Shown here one piece after another: positions 41,223 through 52,333 of a DNA stretch of 64,000 bases. This DNA comes from Amoebophrya sp. A120. Its lineage: Eukaryota > Protista > Dinoflagellata. Location: NCBI GenBank assembly GCA_905178155.1, contig CAJINV010000001.1, forward strand, positions 11,825,832-11,889,831. Reading direction: 5' to 3'. Position numbers and translations under genes: made by a program. The number at the start of each line of letters is the position of its first letter. The first letter of the stretch is position 1. Under the pieces are notes generated by a model. The model made no database searches and was not told the origin of the DNA. It saw only the letters and a list, made by a program, of their open reading frames with translations.

Positions 41223-42330
41223 CCTCGCAGACGTCCGGCTGCAGTCCCGGCGGTGCAACTCCTTCTGCTGAGTTCACGCCCCGGCGGCGTGCTGCAGACC
41301 GCTGCTACTCAATGGCGAGACCAAACGGGAGGAAAACTTTCCGCGGCGTGCCCCTATCATGTCAACGTTTTTATCTTCTATCCGGTGTGTCAGTCGGGTG
41401 CTACTATCTGTATTCAAGGCCGAGAAACTAGAGGACGCTCGTGTTTGTTGAGAAAGCGCATTCCTCGTATTTGTTGTTGATCGAAGACCTCGAAGTACTT
41501 GGCCAGCGGCCCGAAATACTGTTAGTACACGATCACGAAGTCGACAGCGATTTCGATTAGCGATCAAAACGAGCGAGTATTAAGTCCTGTTTCTGGATGC
41601 CACGAAAAACGATGCGAAGTATTTATCCGTCCTGCGATGGCTAGTGCAATGCGATCTTCAGGCGCCAAGCGTTCAGCTTGGTGCAGTAATCTTCGCGCAT
41701 GGAATTGCCTTGCGAGGCTAGCGCGCTCCACGCAAGGCCCCACGGCGAGGGGGGACGAATGTACCGAGCAGAATTTGTACACAAGATTCTAGAACTGGCA
41801 ATTCGCGCCGAAGCTTGGACAGTTTCTTGAAGATCGCGCACCGCCGGTGCGGCGGGCACCTTCCCCCTGCCTTCGCGCCGCCGCCCCTACCCGGCGTACA
41901 CCACGCGGGAGCCCGCGTTCTTAATCCGAATGCGCACCGCAGATGTCGGGGGGGGGGTCCTTGCGGGGCAGAGCGGCGGGGCCCCGCGAGGTGGGGCGGC
42001 GCCAAAAGTACGCAGGAGGGCGCGCGGCGGCAGGGGCTCAATTAGCCAGCGCAGTGGAGGATGCGCAATGCGCCTGCATCGTGTTGGTCACGCGCGTCCC
42101 GCACGCGAAAGGATGGCAATCCGGTCGAACGGATTGGAGCTCCGCGACCGGGCGCCTAGCGCGTTGCAGGGGCAGACAAGGTTGAAGAAAGGAGGAAGGA
42201 GGAACAGGGCGGAGCTCCGGGGTTCGGCAGAATCCGGATGGTAGAAAAGAAAACGCAAATCATTAAAGGATCGCCATTCGCGGAAAAAGAGGGCCAGAAG
42301 CGATCGCACTTCCTTGGACTAGGAGCATCC

Positions 42331-42381
42331 CCACTGACCTTCCATCAGGTCAGGGGTACAGACCTCCCACCAGGTCAGTGG
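42331..42381. repeat. Tandem pair of GACCT-N6-AGGTCAG palindromes
   Basis: CCACTGACCT TCCATC AGGTCAGGGG TACA GACCT CCCACC AGGTCAGTGG; the outer 10-mers are also perfect reverse complements. Confidence 0.8.
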
Positions 42382-42804
42382 TCAAAGCCCTAGGATCTTC
42401 GGACCTCGTTGGTGTGGGTTTCGGTGCCATTATGGATGGCGATGGCTCTGCGGAGCATCAAAGTCGTATAATATGACACACATGAGCGCTTGAACCGTTC
42501 CCGCATAATGTAACTCCATAAGTATGTTGATAAACATACATCTGCTTGCTCCAGTGATGCGGTTCGGGTTTTTATGGTTGTAGCGGTTCAGGTTTTTTTT
42601 TGGCTTTTTTTCGCCTTTTTCTTGTGCTTTTTGCGCCAGCTTTGCAAGGGCGCCAGCTTTTTGGCGCGGGGGCGTCGCCTGCCTTGGGCGCAGGCCAGAG
42701 CGAAACTTATCGCGCGGGCCGCCAACTGGCGGTCTTGCTCGCCAACCTCGCCACGGCTGCTGGCGGGAGGCAGTTTTTCGCCGTCGCCATCGCTCCAAAA
42801 CGAC

Positions 42805-43034
42805 TGCCGCCAAGCTGCCGCCAACGCTGCCGCCACCACGTTTGGCGGCACCTTACCACGACCTGACGCTGCGACTTTGCCACTGCCGCCATCGAAAAAA
42901 GATAAAAAGACTAATATTTAAATATTAGTCTTTTTATCTTTTTGGTATGGCGGCAGTGGCGAAAGTGCGGAGTTGGCTCGTGCTGAAGTGCCGCCAAACG
43001 GGGTGGCGGCAGCGATGGCGGCAGCATGGCGGCA
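42805..43034. repeat. Spacerless palindrome: 48-bp perfect AT-rich core with ~115-bp imperfect GC-rich arms
   Basis: Core 42896-42943 AAAAAGATAAAAAGACTAATATTT|AAATATTAGTCTTTTTATCTTTTT, axis 42919/42920. Arms share GCCACTGCCGCCA, TTTGGCGGCAC and GCTGCCGCCA repeats. Confidence 0.95.
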
Positions 43035-43249
43035 CCGACGGCAAACGGGAAACCGAGGCTGTGCCAACTCGTCCGCGCGTTGACCAGCGCCAGCCGAATA
43101 CGCTACGGAGCGCGCAGCGGCCCTCGCAATGCTCGCAGGTGGCGGGGCTGTCGGAAGCTGCTTGCCACGCTTGCCGGGCGGCAGCGAAGTGGCCTCCGCT
43201 AGGCCAATGCGCCCCGCGGCAGTTGGGGGCTGCTCGCCTTGCTGTGCTC

Positions 43250-43800
43250 GGCGACGTGTGCGCCTACGGTAGCCCAACTCGGCGCGAGGCGGGCGGGCGC
43301 GGCTTGGCGCGCTTGCCGCGCGACAACGTATTGGCTTACGGTAGCCCAATACGTCGCGGAACTGGCGGGCGCGGCTTGAAGCGCCCGCCGCGCGACGACG
43401 TATTGGCTTACGGTAACCCAATACGTCGCGGAGCTGGCGGGCGCGGCTTGACGCGCTTGCCTCGCGCCGACGTATTGGCGTACGGTGCCCCAGTACGTCG
43501 TAGGGCAGGCGGACGCGGCGCGGAGCGCTTGCCGCGCGACGACGTTTTGGCTTACGGTAGCCCAATACGTCGCGGAACTGGCGGGCGCGGCTTGGCGCGC
43601 TTGCCTCGCGCCGACGTATTGGCTTACGGCAACCCAATACGTCGCGGGAAAGGCGGACGCGGCGCGGAGCGCTTGCCGCGCGACGACGTGTTGGCTTACG
43701 GTAAGCCAATACGTCGCGGAACTGGCGGGCGCGGCAGGCCGCGCGGAAACGTATTGGCCCAAAGAAGCCGAGTTCGTTGCGGAGCTGGCGGACGCGGCGG
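43250..43800. repeat. 72-bp tandem array (~7.5 units), each unit carrying an imperfect ~31-bp palindrome
   Basis: TACGG cores at 43265, 43337, 43409, 43481, 43553, 43625 and 43697, an exact 72-bp period. Unit palindrome GACGTATTGGCTTAC-G-GTA[AG/GC/AC]CCAATACGTC. Confidence 0.95.
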
Positions 43801-43845
43801 GCCGCGCTCCCCTTCTGGCGGCCCCGCGGAGCGGAAGGAGGGCGG

Positions 43846-43959
43846 TGCCGCCAATCCCGCGGGGCCCCTGTACCAATGTGGCTACGCGCTTGCAGGGGGC
43901 GCACAAAGCGACACCAGTGCCGCCTTCATTGGTACAGGGGCCCCGCGGGATTGGCGGCA
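43846..43959. repeat. Perfect 33-bp inverted repeat with 48-bp spacer
   Basis: TGCCGCCAATCCCGCGGGGCCCCTGTACCAATG at 43846-43878 and its reverse complement at 43927-43959. Confidence 0.95.
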
Positions 43960-44504
43960 GGGCTGTGCCGCGTCTGCGGCTGGTTTCTCATTCAGAAGGG
44001 CCATCGGAGGCCGGCTTGCTTTTTGGCTTCGTTCCGGGCGCCTTCAGATCCCGCGCGAGGCTGCATGCTTCGCGCCGGATCTGAAGCCGCCGGGGCCGCC
44101 CTTTTGCGTCACAAATCGGCCCCCGAACAGCCCGGGAGCCGCAGGGGCCGTGCGGGAATACGCCGGAGGGCCCCTTGGGGGAAAGAGTGGCGCTCGCTTC
44201 CCCCGCAAGGCTCTTGGGGCACTGCGCGAGCCGCCCGGGGGCCCTTTAAGGGGTTCCGGTCTCGAATACCCAGCCCCGACGCATCCTGGAGCAACCCAGG
44301 AACCACCTTGGGGCACTCCGAGAATCGGCGGCCCGCCCGGAGGCGACGGCGGCCCTTCTTGCGCGGATCGGCGGCCCCTTTTCCGCGGAAAAATCGCGCG
44401 CGGGCGCGATTTTTTCGCGAAAAAAGTGAAAAAAAAACAGCCCCGAAACCACTACTGCCACAGCAGTAGCAGTAGCCCGAAGCATCACTGAAGCAAACAG
44501 CATA

Positions 44505-45275
44505 GTGCCACTTTTGGAAATTTTAAAATTTTTGAAATTCTGAAGAATTTTCTGAAAATGATGGAGCACCATCATAATCTGACAAGAAAGACAACCTATT
44601 TTCTATAAATAAAGAGCAAGCGCCTCCACAACAAGGCACTCCACTGCTGAACTCCGAAAAAACGCAAAAAGTCCATTTTTTCAAAAGTGCGCGACTTTTC
44701 ATATGTCCTTCAAAATTCGCAGAAATCACATGCTAGGTTAGAAATTAGCAAAGGAACTGCGAGAATTAGCCAACCACTTAAGTAAAAGAGTGCCAAGCTT
44801 GGAAATTTCGTCGATTTTGCATGACCGGAATTTTTCAGGATTTTTTGAGAATTTCTAAAACTAGTGAAAAATCTGGCACATGCCACATTTTGTGCATATG
44901 CTACCTTCTGTATAGGAAAAACATACAAACATCATTGCTATCACTCTTTGTAAATTGCATTTTGTTGCATAATTTTTAAGCAGGAACTTTTTGAAAATTT
45001 TTCAATTTCGAAAAAATATCCACTATCACTTAGTAGATGCACTAACTGAGTGGAAAGTATGCAAATGAAACAGAAAAAATACTATTTTTTCTTGTATAGA
45101 GGTCATTTAATCGATACATCTGCAATTCTGCGACATTTTGAAAATTTTGAATTTTTTTTTTACCCTTAAAAAATTAATGCTATGTGGCCATAGTGGTAGA
45201 AAAAAGCTTTGTAATGTGTTCGGAGGTGTATTTGTATCATATAGGAATACTTTTGTCCAATAGTATTTAAAATAT
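44505..45275. other. AT-rich block with many A/T tracts between very GC-rich flanks
   Basis: Abrupt composition switch; repeated AAATTTT / GAATTTTT / TTTTGAAAATTTT runs; no credible ORF. Confidence 0.7.
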
Positions 45276-46465
45276 GCCACTGCTGCTGCTAACAGAGCCT
45301 CCAATTTGGATTCCTGGGCCGTGAGCTTCTCTTTTTCCTCTACATTGCCCCCTCCCCCCCCCCCTCCTAGTACTGCCCACTCCCCCTGGAAGAGAGACGC
45401 CCTGTCATGCCCTGGAGGAGGCATGCCCCCCCTCCAGCCCGACCGGACGCCGCGCCCGTCGCAGTAGGGCCCCCCTTTGCCTCCTGTTCCATGCTGTACT
45501 GTGACCGGAGTTCCGCCCTCGCGGGTGCGTTTTTTATCGCGAGGTCACCCATCGGGGCGCACGTTATCAAGGGGATGCTTTGTCTTGCCGGGCATTCGTC
45601 GTGGACCCGCGCGGGCTGTGTAACAAATCGCATGCGCTTCGGCGTCTTTTTTCCGGAGCAGCATCCCCGTCCGCTGCGATTACGGGCCGCCGGGCCGCGC
45701 TCGCCTTGGCCCGTTCCGTTCTAAGCTTCTACGCTTTCCCGGGCTGGTGCAACGGCGCAAAGCATTGCGAAATGCCTTCCACCCGCCCGAGACTTCGCGC
45801 AAGGTCGCCGTCGGCAATTTTCCTAGAGCGACGCTGGTACGGCAAGCACCCAAGGCACCGGGCCGCGGAGGTGCGGGCAGAGAAGAACCGCACCAAAAAC
45901 GGCCCACGCAAGCCTCGCGACAGAAGCAGGCCGGGCCTGCCGGACGGAAGAGTGCAGCGCGGCGGCGGCCAACCCGGCCGCTGCAATAACATTCCTGCGG
46001 GCCGCACCGCTTCGCTTTTCCATCGGGGGTGGGTTGTTTTCCGCCCCACCCGCGCCCGCACCGATGCCAGTGGGCGTACGCAAGAGTGAAACGGCCCGGC
46101 AACGCGGGGGGGCCTATCGATGTTACACAGAATCTCCCCTGCCGGGAAAAGACGGGCGCGGGGGAAAGACGGTCCGGCCGCGTCAAGTTGCATGGGAGTG
46201 CCAGGGGGGTGCGCATCCTCTGGCCTTACGCACATGTGTTCGCAGAAAGGGAACCCATGCTCGAGGTTGCATGTCGCTGTTCTGTTCCAAAAGAAGAACG
46301 TTAATCATCAGAGACGTACGAAAAATGAAAAGCGTTGTGATCTTGTGCGTGCGACGGAACTCTTCAGATCAAAGCCACACACAAGGCTATCCTCTGGAGG
46401 AATGGTTTGATTTCCCTTTTTTTGAAGCGATCCTCGTCTCACTTTTTATTTACTCCGATCGTCAG

Positions 46466-46681
46466 GTATCGGGGGACTGGCACAGCAAGAAGCCTGTGGA
46501 CCTCTTCACGGTGACCGTCGGTCGTCGCGCCAGCAGCGCCACGCACTACATCCCGGAGACGCAGCACAGCATGCTGGACCTGATGGAGCGCATTTTGAAG
46601 GACCCGAACGACGAGAAGCTCGCCTCGAAATTCAACAAGATCCGAAGTGTGCCGAACATGCAGCAGCAGCTGCGCGGGTAG
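46466..46681 (+). pseudogene. Orphan terminal exon resembling the C-terminus of trehalose-6-phosphate phosphatase (TPS/TPP, HAD family)
   Basis: Follows a CAG acceptor and has strongly coding-like codon usage. VDLFTVTVGRRASSATHYIPETQHSMLDLMERI resembles the TPP C-terminal FxxTVGxKxSxAxYYL...V..LL motif. No upstream exons were found. Confidence 0.5.
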
Positions 46682-47402
46682 GAGCAGGTTATGGGGATGA
46701 AAAATAGCCAGTCTGTGTAAACAAACTTTTTCCCACGGTTCATCGCGAAGGATGGGGAACTGCATACGCAAGAATTTTGAAGGTTTTGCAAATACTGTCC
46801 TTGCCTGGCACTCAAATGTGCCCGCGCACTGTAGGCATGAGTTGCTTCATTGATTCATTTTTTTCTTCACACCCATTAAATGACAGGAATGTTCTAGTCG
46901 TAAATAAAAACCAGCAAAAATGGAAAAATAAACCAGCAAGGATGAATGAACGAGACCAAGTGAGTATTTTTGCGAAGCGAGTTTCACAAAAAAATCTTTT
47001 GAAAGTTACTAGCTGCATCACTGTGGTTCCGGATTTGAAAATTGTAAACACGCCAGAAAGGCGGGTTCTGACTTTTTCCTCAACCCCCTGAACGATGTGT
47101 TCGTCTAGCTTAAATGTGTCCGAACCTTTTCTGCAAAATGATATTAATTTCAGTGATCCGCACAACTGCCGGTGCTCCTATTCGGTTTCGCGTCTTTGCA
47201 TGGAATTTTTCTCAGCACCCTTCGAGCATGGTTACGGTGTGCGCGCTTCTAGAAAGAATAAACTAAACACGAATCATTTTGCGCACACCTACTTACGATG
47301 ATGTGGTCCTTACAATAATTACTTCGAAAGTCAAAACCGCCATGCGCTCCAGCCTTTTGCTCGATCTCCACGTCATTGCTGCCACTTTTCTGCGACGAGA
47401 GC

Positions 47403-50400
47403 ATGTCGGACAGCACCGGGGGACAGTCGCTAGAACGCAACACGAACAATGACCCGGAGACCGGAAATTCGTGGCACCAAGCAGAAACCGCAACAGGCGA
47501 TGATGACGAGGACGAGTGGGGCGCCTTCGGGCAATTCCAGCAACCGGAGCTGCAAGAGAACCACCTTGATTTTTTCGCAAACAATGACACGGCAACGCAG
47601 CAACAGCAGCAGTTTTTTGCTCCTCCCGCCACCGCTGCTGCCACTGTCATTGCACCGATTGGCACCACTGCTGTTGAACAACCAACCTCGCCAGATCTGT
47701 TTTTCCAGCCGCAAGACCCGGGGGGCACAACAGGGGGGTCGGTGCAGGACTTCGGGATCGCACCGTCGGTTCCGGCGCAGCTCACTCCCGTGCTAGAAAG
47801 CGGGAACACTACCGGGCCGTTTGTCGATTTCACAGGAAATGACGACTCCGGCAGCACACGGCAGCCCGTTCTCGCGGGCGGAGAGGAAACGCCGCAAGAA
47901 CCGGGGCAGGGCGCTTTCCCGCCCGGGAATGAGGGACGCTTGTTCCCGGCGGATCCGTTTTTCGGACAGGAATCTGCGGGAGGGACGACCGCGGCAGCGA
48001 ACTCCGGCCGGTCGGCGTCGCTCGGAGAAGCGCCCTTCTTCAACACAATGGACCCCGAAGACACGGCTTCGTCCCCAACTCTGCCCGCAACTACCGGCGG
48101 AAACACGCAATTAGCCGTAACCCCAATATTAACCATGAATACAAGCAATGGCGGAGGTTTCGATGACTTCAGTAGCCTGGGAGCTGCACCGTGCGGTCCA
48201 GCACCGGGAAATTACAGCCAGGTAGATCCATTTCAACCGCACCAGCAGCAAAGTAGTAGCAGCAGTCGAACAGGAAACGCCGACGCACAGGATTTTTTCT
48301 TCACAACCGGCGGCGCGCCCGTGCCAGCAGAACAGCCGGCGTCTTTCGGGTCGGATAACTTCGGTGATTTCTTCGGCGGGCAGCGCAATGACAACGACCC
48401 GGGGGCAACGTCGCAAATGCCGCCGCCGTCGCACTCCACTGAAGATCCGGGGGCGCCGTTGGAGCGGCCAATGTTTGGCGACTTCGCGGAAGGTGGAAGC
48501 AGCAGCTCGTCCGAGGGTCTGCAACTCGGTTCCGGTACGGTGCAGCAACTAGCCGCGTCTGCGGGAAGTTCGGGCGCGCCTCCGCAAGTTGCCGTTGGGG
48601 TGGATGATGTTGACTCGGGACGACCCGCGACTCCGGTGGACGAGCAGCAAAGAAGACAAAACAACCGAGCAGGAGAGGAACATCAAGATTTCATCTTCCA
48701 CACCGCAACGCAGCCAACCGCAAGCGAAGATCCGGGCGGCACAGAGCAGGACGGTCCTTTCCAGAATGCAACCGAACCTCCTCCCGGCGCGCGCGAGGAC
48801 CCCGGTGGCACGCAGCAAAACTTTCCCTTGTTTCCAAACCCGCAGGAACAACCCGGCGCGAGCGACGATCCCGGTGGCACGCAGTCGCATGCACCGCCAC
48901 CCGTTACCCTGCCGTTGCTGGGGACCGGAGGGTCGGCGGGCGACACCGGCAATTCGCTTGCACCTGCGGAAATAGGTGGAGCGCGAACGCCGGACGACCC
49001 ATTTGCTGCACTGGCCCCGCGAGATATGAATGTACTTTTTACTCGTGAGAGCAGATGAAAGGCGTTCTTTCACTTTTGCTTTTGGCGTGATGTCATGGTA
49101 ACTTTTAGCAGTTGTACTAGAGTGGACGAGAATATGATCTTACTCATAGATACATAAGAAAAAATCAAATAATTCAATCAGGTCACGACAACTACAGCCC
49201 CCGGTGAACTGTCTACCGGCGGTTCAGGGCACGGCGAAACTGGCGAGACGGGATTCTCCTTTCCAGCCCCGATTGGGGAGGAGGGGACGGGCGGTGGCGG
49301 CAGCGTTGGGGGGCCCGCCGATAGCAGTGGCGATGAGTTTTTGGAGGCCCAAAGACCTCCTGCCGCAGGCCACCAAGATGCAAATCGACACCAAATCCCT
49401 GACCCTTTTGCGCAGGCTATGGCCGCAACGGGCGGCGACGGCAGCCGAGGCGCCGCACCGGTAACAGCCCCTACGCAGGAATCCACGGGCGGAGCACAAG
49501 AGGGTCAGGATGTTCTCTTCACACACGCGGACGCAACGACCGGCGGGTCGCACGAGACCGCGGAGAGTACGCCGCAGAACAACATGTTCAACTCTAACAC
49601 GTCGAGTAGTTCGTCCATCGATCTGCTGATTGAAACCCAGCACGCCGCCCGCGTCGAGCAGTTCCAGTCCCACGCATCAGTGGAGTACGACTTTCCTCCG
49701 AGATCGTCCAGCCAGGGTGACCAGGGCTCGACCGATCTGACGCCAATAGTAGAAACAGGGACGGGACCTGCATCAAGCTCCAGTTCGGTGGTGAACGTTC
49801 AAGCCCCGTTATATTCGCCGCGCCGCGACTTGGAGTTAATGCAGCAGCATCCGCATCAAATAGATCCCGGCGGCATAGGCACCAATCAGATGTCAACGGC
49901 ATCAACGGCGGCAACTTTGCTCCAAGCGACAACCTCGGTAGATTCGTCCGGCCAATCGTTTTTGCAAGATCCAGGGCCCCCCGGCACTGCGACAAGCACG
50001 CAAACGATGCAAGAACCGGACTTCTCCTTGCTCGCCGGCGATTCGGGCAGCAGCAGGAAAGCGTCAAAGCCGTTGTTCACCCCCGGCCCCTCCACCGATG
50101 ACGATCCAATAACGGTAGACGACAGCAAGAAAGCGGATTTCGGTTCTCTCCTCGCAAAGATCGAGAACACAAACCTGAATTCGCCGTTGCACCGGGCGAA
50201 TCTGCTCGGACATCATCACACGGAAGACTCACCGAAGGGGAGCGGGAAAGGCAGCGGGAAGGAGTCTGGGTCACAAGGAACTTCCGCTAGCTATGTGAAG
50301 GTAGAAGATGACTTTTTCTTCGAACAATCAGCGGCTACCAGTACCAAAGGTGGCGCGGTTGGGACAAGAACAGAGACCGCAGAAGAGCACGCAGACAACT

Positions 50401-52333
50401 ACACCGGGCGCGACGGTTTCGTGGACTTTGAGCCCCCTTCTACAGCGCCGGCAGAACTGGCAGTTTCCGCCACCGCTTCGTCTTCAGGCGACGACGATGG
50501 TTTTAAGAAAGTGGAAACGGATGAAAGTAGTGCACCAGATACAACTTTTGCCACAGGTGGTCCACTGCCAAAAGACCCAGTCACCGCCGCGAAAAACAAG
50601 GTCGAGGATGATCTTTTCGCTGCCGCAGTGGTCCCGCAACTACCTCCACCCGGTGCAGCTCCTGCGCAGAAAGACGATTTCTTCGGTGAGAGTTCTTCCG
50701 TGTCGAAAGGAACGAGTAAGATCGCAGCACAAAATGAGGATCCGTTCGGCGATCTCGCAAAACCGCCTGCAAAACAATCCGCAGAGCAGCCAACGAGCTT
50801 TGGCGAGTTTGGCGCTGCGACACCAGCATCAAATGCGGTCTCGGATAGCGATGCTTTCGGCAGTTTTGCAGCGCCGGTGGCCGCAGAAGCAGGGGCGGAA
50901 GAAGGGAAAGATGACTTTGGCGAGTTCGGAACGGCAGCTATCATAGAGGATGAAGCCTCAGCGGCGAGCAAGGACGCGACCGAGGACGAAGCGGTTGCAG
51001 TAGTGGAAAAACCTTCACTTCCTCCGGAAACTACAGGTTTCGACACCATTGCCAGCTCAAAAGAAAGCAGCTCTGGCCGCCCACCGGACCTTGCGCTTGG
51101 GGGTGCTGTACAACAAGCAGCGCTTGTCGATAGCGAAGAGGACGCAACTAAGTCCAGCGACGTGCCGAAACGAGAACCTCCGCCCGAGGTAGCAAATGCG
51201 ACTGATGATGATGGCTTCAGTGGGTTTGCAAAGCCACCCGCTGAACCAGCAGAGAGTAAAGAAGCCAGCAGCTCAGTTAGCAGCGTGTCCAAACCGCCCG
51301 CCGCCGACGATGGTTTCGGCGATTTTTCAAAACCTGTGGCCGACGACGCTTTCGGCGATTTTTCCAAGCCCCCACCCGCTGACGGATTTGGCGACTTCTC
51401 GAAGCCGCTAGACGAGGACGGCTTCGGGGACTTTTCGTCGAAACCAACTGATGACGACGACGACGACGGCTTCGGTGACTTTGCGCAGCCAACCGATGGC
51501 GACGACGATGACGGCTTTGGTGATTTTGCACCAGCACCCACGAGCGCGCCACCAGAGGATTTCGGTGGGTTTGCCGTCGCGAGCAGTAAGCGCGGTTTTT
51601 TTGCTCTGCATTTCACTGAACATCAGGGAGTTTGTTGTTGACACTACGTTGTGTACTTCACGCGTCGCTGAGCTGTCGTCGATTTTATTCCTCGCAAAAA
51701 CTTGTACCTTCCTAAATCATCGCAATGTAAAAACCGTTTGATAAAAAAACAGGCTCGAGTAAAGGCCCGACGTCTATTTCCGCACCCGAGGCGTCAATGC
51801 AAGAGGCTGCGGAGAAACCGTCGCCACGGCTTAGGCTAAAGGTATACTGGTGATGAATTCAGGCGAGGTTCTATCTAGTGCTGCTTCCACTGCAATTCCA
51901 AAATGAATCTTCGATATTCAGCTTAGAGAAAAGTGGTGGTCTTGTTCAGAATCGTTTTCTACTCACACACGCTCAACAGGTCGCTCCTGACCCGCAGCAG
52001 CCTGCGCCCGCTCTGAGCGCGTTTGCACTTCCCAAACCCCCCTCCCCACAAGTACCCAAACTGCTCGCTCCCCCGACCGCAGTAAACCCACTTGGCGACC
52101 TGTACAGATCGAATGCGGCATCCTCCTTCAACCCGCCGCCACGGAAAAACAGCATGGATGAGTTCTTATCTTCCACCGGCCCGAGCGCTGGTTTTGCACC
52201 AGCAGCATCCCCAGCTGAAGGTGCGGGAAACGAACCAAAGGACGGGAGGCTTACGGACGCGCAGATCCGGGAGTTTCTAGATTCTTTGCCAGACCTGTCG
52301 TGGATGAATGCCACTTCGCTGCGGTTTCCATGA
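47403..52333 (+). CDS. Acidic disordered protein with many (D/E)xFG(D/E)F and DPF motifs; aftiphilin/gamma-synergin-like AP-1 accessory candidate
   Basis: EWGAFGQF, NFGDFF, MFGDF, DPFGDL, SFGEF and five DGFGDF/DAFGDF repeats; C-terminal FLDSLPDLSWM. Four exons joined by GT-AG introns. Confidence 0.7.

Noticed and set aside
43250-43800. CRISPR-like array of palindromic repeats
   Set aside because: The intervening sequences are themselves repeated rather than unique spacers, there are no cas genes, and the context is eukaryotic.
42947-44491. 514-aa ORF with 24-aa repeats, plus overlapping 328-aa and 235-aa minus-strand ORFs
   Set aside because: Several frames are open simply because of extreme GC content and a 72-bp period; conservation follows DNA symmetry rather than codons. 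Coding potential is not fully excluded.
41600-46300. rRNA, tRNA, spliced-leader or telomeric repeat origin for the GC-rich island
   Set aside because: I could not see conserved rRNA segments, cloverleafs, the dinoflagellate SL (CCGTAGCCATTTTGGCTCAAG) or TTTAGGG arrays.
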